This document shows, piece by piece, positions 1 to 10,090 of a DNA stretch of 64,000 nucleotides (its first letter is position 1; each line of letters starts with the position of its first letter). Where the stretch lies: assembly GCF_902652985.1 (NCBI RefSeq), contig NC_047024.1, positions 25,730,001 through 25,794,000 on the forward strand. Reading direction: 5' to 3'. Below the pieces are notes generated by a model. That model made no database searches and was not told the DNA's origin. It saw only the letters and a program-made list of their open reading frames with translations. Origin of the DNA: Pecten maximus (taxonomy: Eukaryota). A program made the position numbers and the translations under genes.

Positions 1-213
1 ATAACTACTCTTTGTCGGCAATTTATCATCTTTAATACATAACTCAATCGAAATTGTCGCATTGATGAATGGGTGCACACATAGTACTGATCGTAGAAAA
101 ACAACAGAAATGCAATTAGCAGAATGCTTTCAGTCAATAAAGAATGTTTTGTAGTTGTGCGGTAAATTTTCTTATAAAATGTAACTTAGCTCTCAAGAGC
201 ACAAATCATATTC

Positions 214-325
214 AAAATGAACTTGCCAATGAATTTGCGAAAGATGAACTTGCCCATGCACTTGCTAAAAATGAACCTGCCAATGAACTTGCTCAAAATG
301 AACCTGCCAATGCACTTGCTCAAGC
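214..325. repeat. 27-bp tandem repeat, about 4 copies (aaaatgaacctgccaatgaacttgctc)
   Basis: Repeat units visible in the sequence; they explain the repetitive ORFs 144..347, 186..368 and 217..516. Confidence 0.85.
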
Positions 326-1079
326 TAATAATTTTCTCAAACTCTAATCTAGTCGCTGTCACTGTCAATCACACGAATTCGTCTTTTCTTCTGCTGTGGC
401 ACGTGCAGTTTCCCTCCAGAAATTTTCTCGAGTTCTTCTCATGTTGTTCTCAAGTCATTCTTAAGGTCCTTACATTTTTATCAGAGAAAATAATTTATTT
501 CTCATGTATTCAGTAGCTGGTGTATTGTAGTATATAGATGATAATGTATGCTCCTTTTGAAGCCCGATATTGAAAATAAAAGGCATAGGAAGAACTAGTC
601 TTTTACACCTGCCCATCAAAGTTTTAACATTCCTTTCACACCTGCCCATCGAGAGTTTGACATTTCCTTTTACAACTCCCCATCCAGGTTTTGATATTTC
701 CTTTTACCTATTTCGAGTTTTATGGTCGCCTTCGATGATGTACATCGGGGTCCTTCATTGTACATCACTATGATATTGTACGTGTCCTTAAAATTGCATT
801 GTTGCTAGACACTGACGTAACCTGCTTGTGACGTTTTGAAAATCGGCTAATAAAGAGCATTTCTGCCATTAATACGTTTTATTTTCCCTACTCTTTACAC
901 TAACATTCCCCATTCCAAACTTGAGGAACGCCTTCGTTCTCTTGTATTTAGAGTTTTATGTTCCAAGAAAGGCGAGAGCTTTATTTATACATAGTTGTAA
1001 ACAATATTGGGAAGGGGGACATTTTTAATAAACATAAGACTAGAGCTCTTAGAAATACACATACGGTGAAATCGTAGGA

Positions 1080-1560
1080 ATGATCCAAATTTTTGATCGA
1101 CATCTTTGTTGACCAGAACTGTCAAATACATACACATAGGACACAACCTGTGTCCCACTATTGCCTGGCTAATTTTGATCTCAAAGGAAGCTTATTATAT
1201 TGAAATGCTTATCAGAACAAATAAAGAAACCTAGTTTAGTCCTTCAATTTAACTTATAGGTATACTGAATATGCGCTATATTAACAAAAAACCTTACTGA
1301 CCATGTCAATCAGATATACTCTGAAGACCTTGAAATCAGTGCCACTACATACTGTTCAACATCCACCTTAACCAACAGGCACAGCTTACAGCAAAGCTGT
1401 ATGATAAGAGTGATTTCAATTTCTCAATTGTTTTTTGTTTTTTTTTCATCTCTAGAGCAACATACATTCAGTATTTGGTATTTGATGGGTGTTTTCTATT
1501 ATCAGGTTTTCTGAGACATATGTCGACTACTGACGGAACAACACAAGATTTAGAGTCATG
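1080..1560 (+). mobile_element. Decayed Penelope-like element (PLE) reverse transcriptase fragment
   Basis: Frameshifted pieces SFNLTYRY, QIYSEDLEI, AKLYDK and DFNFSIV resemble the PLE RT consensus (FNxTxRYIDD, IYPxELEI, KLYDKRDDFNFxIVNFP). Confidence 0.6.
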
Positions 1561-1742
1561 CAGGTCGATGAAGACCATGGGAACGTTTAATGGTTGACAT
1601 CATGATCACGTTTTAAAACATTGTACTTCCTTGTGCGATATGAAGTTTGACGTGTTTGATGTTTGTTGATGCCACTTGTGGTTCCGTTGTCTATGGTGGC
1701 TCGTTAGGACCAAATATAAAATCTCGCATTCTCGCTCTCTCG

Positions 1743-1894
1743 ACCTAAGGTCGCAAACGCAAGAATGCAAAACGCGACGGCGAGTGAGCGAAAACACGAG
1801 AATGGGAAAACGCAAGATTAATCCCGCACTCTCGCCGTCGCGATTTCGCGTCCCCGCCGTCGCGTTTTCGCATTCTAGCGTTTTCGACCTTAGG
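1743..1894. repeat. GC-rich imperfect inverted repeat (MITE-like)
   Basis: cctaaggtcgcaaacgcaagaatgcaaaacgcgacggcg pairs with cgccgtcgcgttttcgcattctagcgttttcgaccttagg. Confidence 0.7.
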
Positions 1895-1969
1895 CCTAAA
1901 AAGTTAGATTAGGCTTTAACGGTCGTCCTCGCATAAGGAAGTCAGCTTATTTACTGGAGGAACATATAT

Positions 1970-4889
1970 ATAGGATCTTAAATGAGTTTTCAATTCATGA
2001 GATTTTATGAATCGAGTCTAGAAGTTTTTATTTTTGCGAGCCTTTGGCGAGCAAAAATAATAACTTCGAGACGAGTTTCATATAATCTCATATGAAATAA
2101 AAAGAATTTAAAATAGTTTGTATCACATAATTGAAATATTACAATTTTAATGCAAGGTACGTCTATCAACTTGAAACGCCATTTAAAATAGTACCTGGTC
2201 TGCAGAAAAAAAATAACAACAAAATAATAATGATAAAGCACGATATTGACTTTAATGAATTTAATAAATCGCACATTACTGTCAACACATTTAAAGTATT
2301 TAAGATACATTTATTGTCTCTGAACTTCGATCAAATGTATGACCTAGTTTATGACGTCATAGCGCGCGACATTCCGTAATGTGACCATGACGTTATCATG
2401 TGTACAGTTGTGCGAAAGTTACTCGCTGTCAGAATCAGACACAATAATCAGAGGACATTTTTGCGGTCTTGGAGGCGAATTATCAGATTTATTGTATATG
2501 TTGATGCTGAAGTGTCCCCACCGTACACGTAACCACCAAACAGGGTATGCACATTTCCGTGAAAAGCGGATGTACTGACCGATTCAGTCCCGTCACACAC
2601 GTGGTGGTCGAGTTGGTGTTTACAACGTTCTGGACACTTGTCACTGCCGAGGTGTTCATTGAAACGTTGTTCTGCACATTTGTCATGGGAGTACTGGCAG
2701 ATTTGGGATTTGATAGCAATCTGGAGATGCTCTTGTGAGTTTCTCATTGATGTGGCTGTAATTATTAACAGATTGTAAATCTCGATGCCCAGTAAATTGG
2801 ACGATGGTATTTGTGTTGTACAAGGTGTTTTCTTGCACTGTGATTTGTGAGACGTTTGTCTCCGGAGAGTCCAGCTGCGACTGACATTTCCTCATCAATG
2901 AAGTAAGGTTGTTTGTGCCTATTAGCCTGTCTCTTAAAACATTGGTCTTTCTCGCGCATAGTAGCAACATTGGTATTTGTCACGATGTAGAAAGGATCAT
3001 CTGACGGACGTTTTTCAGCATAGAACTTTTAGACATTTAGCGGAAATTGTTCAGGTCTCTGAAGATTTGCCCATATTTTGGGAGTAACTTGTCGAATGTC
3101 GCGAGGAGTGTCCGGATTATGTTGTCCTAGTTGCTTTGTACTCCAGAGTGTTTCTATTTCCTGTCCAGTTATCGAGTCCGCTTTTTTGGGGCGATTTTCT
3201 AACCCGTTACGTTTGAGTTCACGTTGTTTTGATTTTAAAACGTCTTGAAGCTGTGAAAACTCCCTACTAGTAGCAAGACCCGTACCCGTATCTGAATCTT
3301 CGTAAATGACGGTCATAACTGCCCATGAAACCCCTGAGTGAACTGGGTTCATAATTAGAACCATCGGATTTCCTGACGGTGAAAAAGAATTTGCAAAGCA
3401 GCGGACATAGCTCTGATGGTGGGATATGATGGATGGGCCTATCCTCGTTTTCTTTCGCCATGAACATTTTCAAAATTTTCAAATCATAAAAAGTCTTGCT
3501 TAGAGTGTTTTTTTGCCTTCCCTGCATTGTTATAAGAAATAATTAACAAACATTAGTGTTCATTTAAAAAACCACTGTCCTAATCCACCTCAATGCTGTG
3601 AAGCTCTGTTTGCGCATGGAATTAAAAACTCAAACACAAATATATATGGCGGAAAATGGCACACTTTCTTGTTAAAGTGGCCTTTGTAGTTTATTTTGCA
3701 TGATAATGAATTCTTTTATAATTCCAGATTAGATAAAGGAATGTAAATATATGTAAACCGCAAAGGTGAGCGGCCCAAATTCAGCATAAAATCAAGACCC
3801 AGTCCTGGGCTAAAAACCAGAGATAAAAATTTAATAATGCATAATGTATACATTAAAAAAAACTCTGGAAAACCTTGGACTGATCCATAAACTAAAAGTA
3901 CATAAAGTTCACAATGGTATCAATACAGAAATATTTAATTACTAATTAAAACAAAATACAACAACAAAGATATGTAGATCAAATGTCCTTCACTTACAGG
4001 GTGGGAAGGGTATGGGATTTTGTACTTTTTTGATGCTGATGCACGTGCTAAAGTTCTATTGACTTTCACTTTCACTTCTGATGAATCTTTTTCAAAAGAT
4101 ATTGTCCAAGATTGGTATAAATTTTTAGTTTTTCCTAATGTCTGTTTTTTCCTAATCTAATATGGCGTCGTTTTTTCAAGAATGGGTAAGCTATGGGGTA
4201 CCCGGAGGCTGAGCAGGGGCCAAAATTTATCCTACTGACCAATGACATTTGACCTCTCGTATATGACCCGGATGTAAATTTCCTTATATGGAAATGGGCG
4301 GTGCTTGCCAAGTTTATGTATATACACCTAAACATGGCCTGGCTCAGATTTAAAATGAAAATGTGTGCAGCATCGGCAAAAACTTGTTTGCTCACAAACT
4401 TTTATTTATTTGCCTGTGCATCAACAAAATCATGAATGGATTCATTTTGAACATCAGCAAATCGAGATTGGTTCTCTTTATGACGAGTTTGTCTGGTTTC
4501 CCCAGTCGACGTCTGTGTCTTCTGCTCCGACGCCGACGGGACGTTTTCAGTTTTGTTCAGGGCTAATCTATCTCCACTCAAATCAACCTCAAAGTCAGTT
4601 CCATTAAACAAAACTCTATACAGAGGACCAGCAGTTGACTGCATTACCTTTAACACCTTTCCTTCGCATTTGCCATCTATTTTGACGAATGTGCCCACTG
4701 TAAACAGTCGTGTCGTCCATGTTTACTACGAAGCATAGAGTAGTACTACAACGCGTAGTAATATAAATAACCGTGGGAAAATGTTATAAGGCTGCCCAAT
4801 CAAATTTGCGCTAGGGTACAAGTTACATATGCACAATATATTACACGGTCAAATTCACTGGATAACAGCTCAATTATGTGATAAATAGG
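1970..4889 (-). mobile_element. Degenerate Crypton-type tyrosine-recombinase transposon (DUF3504/KCTD1/KIAA1958-related), frameshifted and internally deleted
   Basis: ORF pieces read KNTLSKT...LCKFFFTVRKSDGSNYEPSSLRGFMGSYDRHL, KSKQRELKRNGLENRPKKADSI, LTNHSARK and FTGHRDLQSVNNYS (the HxxR, H and Y catalytic motifs). ATAGG direct repeats at 1970-1974 and 4885-4889, subterminal inverted repeat tatcacataatt / aattatgtgata, and a long hairpin at about 1998-2092. Confidence 0.8.
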
Positions 4890-5316
4890 GATATGCAGTA
4901 CGTTAGCTATATACATTTGTATATGCAAAGTTTAATATTTAACTATTTTACTCCTTAACCTTAAGTGTTGCTAGCTGGCATTTTTTTTATTCTTACAGCT
5001 TAAAGAAAACAAGTAATCCAAACTTATTTGATGATAAAAGCTACCAAGTTTCAAAGGAATTGATAGAAAAATGTAGGAGTAGAGCACCAGGCAAAATACT
5101 AAATGATAAGGGAAGCTGCCCTAAATTATAGGGCGTTAAACAATACTAAACCAAACTACTAAACCAAACTGTTTTACAGCTACATAAACTTAATACACTG
5201 ATAACTTGGATAATAGATATTTGTATATACAGTATATCGTATACACATCAATCAAAACACACACATATCCTGTATCATCTACGTAAATGTCAAAATTATC
5301 CTGCATAGAATGTATA

Positions 5317-5322
5317 TTTATT
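5317..5322 (-). promoter_or_regulatory. Candidate polyadenylation signal (AATAAA) of the DUF4243-like gene
   Basis: AATAAA on the minus strand about 390 nt after the stop, followed by a GT-rich tract; a second AATAAA lies at 5540-5545. Confidence 0.45.
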
Positions 5323-5707
5323 CAATACAAAAATTAAAAAGAATTCTCTAAACAGATGTCACTGTAGCAGTAGAATATACAAGTGCCTTACGTCCTTGTA
5401 AAGACAGCTGGTACTTCGCAATACTGTTTAATTCAGCAAATTAATTTTAAAGCCGTATAGAGGGTATCCGGAGGTTGTCCGTTTAAGAGTTACAGAGAAA
5501 GTGGAAAACAGTGAACATTTTTCTCCAGAAAGATATTCTTTTATTTAACAATTTAATGTTACGTCAAAAAAAAGCTAAACTATTCTTGGCCAAATTCTTA
5601 ACTAGGAAAATGACGTCATAACAACATCTACTTTTAGTTGGACGTCATCAGCAAATTGACCTACATTCACCTTGAAGCCATGCATTTTGTCAAACTATTG
5701 CAGTATT

Positions 5708-6907
5708 TCAGAAATGAAGGTCGTGATCAATACACATTTGAGCTGCGTGTATATAGAGGGCAGCACCGTCGGAACCATTCTTCTCGCGCCACGTGTCATG
5801 GCAGACCTGTACAAGTTTGTAAATATGTTCATCAGTGTCACGTGCTAATGCCTTGTCAATGATTTCCTGCCAATCAGAAGCTGTGACGTCCGTTTGTGGG
5901 ATTTCCGGTTTGTTTGTCAAGTCGGGACATCCCTGGCTGACATAAACCGCTAACAAGGCACACGTGAATGTTCTCAAGGCGTCAACGGCATCTGGATGTT
6001 TTAACAAAGGGATAATTTGTCGTAACGACCAAGCAGCTGTCACACCATGAAGAAGAAAAAAGTCGTTTTTGATTTCCGACAATGCAAAAACAGCAATGGC
6101 CTGGTCTAGTAACCAATTAGCAAGCGCGACTGCCAGGCCATCCTCATCCTGACAGCTCTGTATCACCGGTACTTTGATCTTATAGGCATACTTCATCAGA
6201 TCATCACCTTTTCCAACAAGAGCGGCAACTCTGTACTGGAATCCACCAGAATACCAATCGCTTTGTCTGAGCTTCACTGCTTCGTCTTCCATGTACTTTC
6301 TTAAATTTTCATCTTTCTTCAGTTCCGCAAGTACGGTCAAAATGTCGCATGCTCCTTTTCCAAAATGGCTGATGTCATTATCCGGGTTCTTTTCGTCAAA
6401 TATTAGTGGTTTACAAGAATGATGTAGATATGCCAGACCTTCAGTTACTGTGGACGAGCATCGAACGCTGTATCCATAGCCTGTGTGTATCAAACCGTGG
6501 GCGGCCGAGCACACTAGCCCCCTACTCAATTTTGGAAATTCCTCTCTCAGCATTTCTTCCGCTGATCCATGTTCCTTCAGTATCACTCTGAATCGATTAC
6601 GTATCTTGTAGTACAATTTCCTTTGCCCAAGAAGTTTGTGTAGTTCGTCATCCGTTGCGGGTTCTGCGTCAGTGCTTTCGTCACTGTGACGTGGGTGATT
6701 AGGCGGTTCCAGCTTCCCGTGATTTTTGTAGTGTTCAACGAACCTGTTGACCCTGTCTTTGTCACCACCAAGTTTCTCTATTGCTATGATACCATGTGTC
6801 AGGTGGTTACTGAAGAATCTGTCATACTCTATGTAGTACGTCTGTGTAGACTGGTCCTCCAATATGTCCCTTAACCAGGAACCACCAGGGGGGCTGACAG
6901 ACGACAT
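5708..6907 (-). CDS. Questin oxidase family / DUF4243 (HypA/AflY/GedK-like) protein, 399 aa, intronless CDS
   Basis: Only long uninterrupted ORF in the window, GC-richer than its flanks. Family-type His motifs FSNHLTHGIIA, AAHGLIHTGYG, EGLAY, DFFLLHGVTAAW and DEHIYKL. Splice acceptor ttgtag lies 7 nt before the ATG. Confidence 0.85.
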   Translation of the reverse strand: MSSVSPPGGSWLRDILEDQSTQTYYIEYDRFFSNHLTHGIIAIEKLGGDKDRVNRFVEHYKNHGKLEPPNHPRHSDESTDAEPATDDELHKLLGQRKLYYKIRNRFRVILKEHGSAEEMLREEFPKLSRGLVCSAAHGLIHTGYGYSVRCSSTVTEGLAYLHHSCKPLIFDEKNPDNDISHFGKGACDILTVLAELKKDENLRKYMEDEAVKLRQSDWYSGGFQYRVAALVGKGDDLMKYAYKIKVPVIQSCQDEDGLAVALANWLLDQAIAVFALSEIKNDFFLLHGVTAAWSLRQIIPLLKHPDAVDALRTFTCALLAVYVSQGCPDLTNKPEIPQTDVTASDWQEIIDKALARDTDEHIYKLVQVCHDTWREKNGSDGAALYIHAAQMCIDHDLHF

Positions 6908-7306
6908 GTTGAATCTACAATGACAGTCAATATTGTTAATCAGTTTATCATTAACACGAGTTCATCAACATATAAGATAACATACTTATCAGAGACATAC
7001 AAATTCGCCAGGAATAGTCATTGAAGCATTGAAGCACCTAAAGACCTTCCAATTACTGAACAAAACTTGATTCTGACATCTTGGTTTGAAGAAGTTTTGT
7101 TCAAAGTTCAGCCAATTCGACATTCGCCCCGTACTCAGGGCCCAGGGGGCGGGATCCATATTTCACAACTTTAGTTCATCGAAACGTTGCTGCAAAATTT
7201 TATCAAAATCTATTCCTTAGGTTTGAAGGAGTTATCAAAATGTATAATAATACATATATTTAAAAAAAATCTAACTTCATATCGCACAAGAAAATAGATA
7301 GAATAA

Positions 7307-7350
7307 TATCAGACAGCTGTTTCGTTTTTCTAGGACTCATCGGTGGTGAC
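7307..7350 (-). ncRNA. Degenerate minimal type I hammerhead ribozyme (PLE-derived)
   Basis: Minus strand reads CCGAUGA GUCC UAGAA AAAC GAAA CAGCUG UC; the U4C change and broken stem II suggest it is inactive. Confidence 0.6.
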
Positions 7351-7989
7351 ACAAGTGTGGAAATCCAGAACAGGATGCAGGTTTGAAATCACAAACAAGA
7401 GAACAGATGGTAATCGACAATATTTCTGGTATATAATTTGATATTGAAAATGTTGACAACTTTGACCTCACGACATAGAGCAGTTTTGTCCAGTTTCAAA
7501 TGAATTAACCATCTTCACACAAACTGATAATTCCTTTCCTCTTTTTTTCTGAATTGTTCTGTAGGTTCTGCGCTGTACATAAGTAAACAATTCTTATTAA
7601 CAAATATAATATATAAAGCTATTAAGAATACGAAATCTGTCCTGACGAACTGTCACCTTCTAACCTTAGAACAGCACCCCCGAAAAATAGAGTCTTGACG
7701 AAACAATCGCTCCTTTATAAATTAACACTAAAACATTGACTTTTTTTATCTGCCATTAAAAAGAATTAAGTCTTTGACACATGATTAACGACGTGTGTTC
7801 AGGTGTCATGGATTTACGGCAGGTTTGACCTAATATTAAACTGTATCTAAAGGGATTGATATCACATGTTTTCCATTTTATTAATATCATTTACCGAAGA
7901 AAATTGGCAATACTTAATGTTTTGATGTATAAATTTGAATTAATTCTCGCCATATTTGTTTCATCTTCGATAGAGTATCATAGCTCAAA

Positions 7990-8240
7990 CGCTTGTGAGA
8001 ACTCTGATTTGATGATTTCAAATCCCCGATTGTTAATTTACACTTTCTAGGTAGTAACATCCCTCATTTCCCTACCTATGGAGCTTACATGCCCTCATTA
8101 ATTCAATATTCCCACAAAATCATGATTTCTGTGACAGGTGTCGACTGCTCATCAGTAGTAAAACTGGCAACACTGATGATGCAGGTTGAGAAAAACCACG
8201 GTCGAGTTTTTTAGTCAACATCATGTTAGCTCGTTTGGAA
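7990..8240 (+). mobile_element. Penelope-like RT C-terminal fragment (decayed)
   Basis: Translates DDFKSPIVNLHFLGSNIPHFPTYGAYMPSLIQYS, matching the PLE consensus DDFNFPIVNFPFLxSNIPxSPAYGVYISQLIRY. Confidence 0.7.
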
Positions 8241-9036
8241 ATTTTATATTGCCTTGTATAACCTATATAGTTGTTCTAACTTTGCTCTCGCTTTATCAAC
8301 CCTGAGTTTTAATAACGATTTTATTTTATTGTCGGTATTCTCTTGTATTGTTTTAGTTATCTTTCCCAGCATGCATTGCAGTTTATTTAAGATTCTGCGC
8401 CCTGGGAGAACATATGATTGGATAGGTAGCATTCAAACGTTGCTAAGCGGTCATGGAGTTACTACCCAGTGTAGAATAGTGTAATGAATTTCTTATCCTT
8501 ATCTCTTGACCGATAGAATTACTATAAACAAAAATAGATAGCACTACAATGTCACAATACAAAACAAGGACATGTTTACTTAATATACTATTATCATCTT
8601 TATTTCCTCCACAAAGAAGAATATGATAATACAAATACAATCAATGTAACGTAGATAATACGTGACTATTTACATAGTGATATCAAGCAAAGAAAAGGTG
8701 CATGCGAGTTCACAATATAATTTTATATACATACAGTTAATTATCATAGATATAAGTTGAGTAGTATATATGTCTAATATTCAATGTACAAAAAAAAAAT
8801 GCAATTCCTATAATTGGGAAAATTTTAATTTCCCTTACATCCACTACATAAGCAAATATCGCACAAGTATGATACTATTAATGTATGTGTACAGGTCAAA
8901 CATTCATTTTATGGCATATATGGACTCTAATCTAAATTCTTCGTGATCAACTTCATTCACCTGATGGTTCATTGGACCACCTAGTAAAATATGTATTAAT
9001 GAATAAAAAAATATCGACTTTTATGACGGAGTCGGA

Positions 9037-9175
9037 ACCACAGGTACTTGGGGTAAGAAATTATATTTGTATATATATACTATAAAGCCTGTTTATATAT
9101 ACTATAAAGCCTCGTACGAGGCTTTATAGTATATATATTATACAAATATAATTTCTTACCCCTAGTACCTGTGGT
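9037..9175. mobile_element. Palindromic MITE with 4-bp target-site duplication (cgga)
   Basis: accacaggtacttggggtaagaaattatatttgtata ... tatacaaatataatttcttacccctagtacctgtggt, flanked by cgga at 9033-9036 and 9176-9179. Confidence 0.8.
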
Positions 9176-10080
9176 CGGAGCAACATGTTAAAAGACAATT
9201 CCTCCGATTTTCATCACGTTGGATGACTATATTGTACTGGCCTGTATTAGTTTGATATTGAAATCATTACACGCTCACCAAGTAAATAAAGTTATCCTAG
9301 ACAGTATAGGAGATTGACGAGACGAAACACACATTTAGCCATCAATTTGCATCACGTGATTAATAAGATTTACCCGGAAGTATTTTGTTTAGGTCGTTAT
9401 ATAGGACAGATATTTGAAATTGGTGGAATCGTGTGTTTTAATGCAGCTAGAAAATATATTTAGATATAAACTAAAAAAAAAAAATTATTCATCGTCATTT
9501 TAAAAATTAAACTCACGTCCTTTGCAACAACTACCAAAACTATGTACTTGACATATTTTAGCTAAGGTCACCAACGTTGTTCAGAATCAGCAGCATGCAG
9601 TTTGATGTTGTGTTCATTGAGGAAACAAATTTCTTAAATCAATAAGTCGTGCAATTGAATTGAATAGATCACACCGCGCACTCATATTATATAATTAATA
9701 CTAATTGAAGCATTGAATTTGAACGAACACTACTACCGCAAACTGAATATAAAATACCCCATGGCCAGGTCAGGGAACGGACTTGTGTAAGTCTAACACA
9801 CCACACAACACAAGGCGCCCTAAAAAAAAAAACCATTGATAAACAACAACATGACCTAGTTTTCGGTGACATTATAAAGTACTTACTGACGACAGTCTCT
9901 CGATCTCCAACTATCCACACTTCCACCCGATTTCAAACTAAGAGTTTGCCCACGAAGTATGCGTATTGAACGAGACACCCTCCGTAGACAAGCAGCTAGC
10001 ATTTAGGGTATGCAAATAATATCAGTGATATAACACGGAGGCCAAGCACGGGGTATTTAATTGAATCAGAAGTACGAGTT

Positions 10081-10090
10081 ACTTACCTTG
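10081..10090 (-). other. Consensus splice donor (AAG|GTAAGT), candidate end of a non-coding first exon of the DUF4243-like gene (intron 10086..6915)
   Basis: Perfect donor upstream of the acceptor at 6915-6916; pairing the two sites is an inference. Confidence 0.4.

Noticed and set aside
144-516. Repetitive short ORFs as genes
   Set aside because: They arise from a stop-poor 27-bp tandem repeat; there is no splice or homology support.
5638-6874. Overlapping small ORFs within or antisense to the DUF4243-like gene
   Set aside because: Shadow ORFs of a real coding sequence with no independent motifs.
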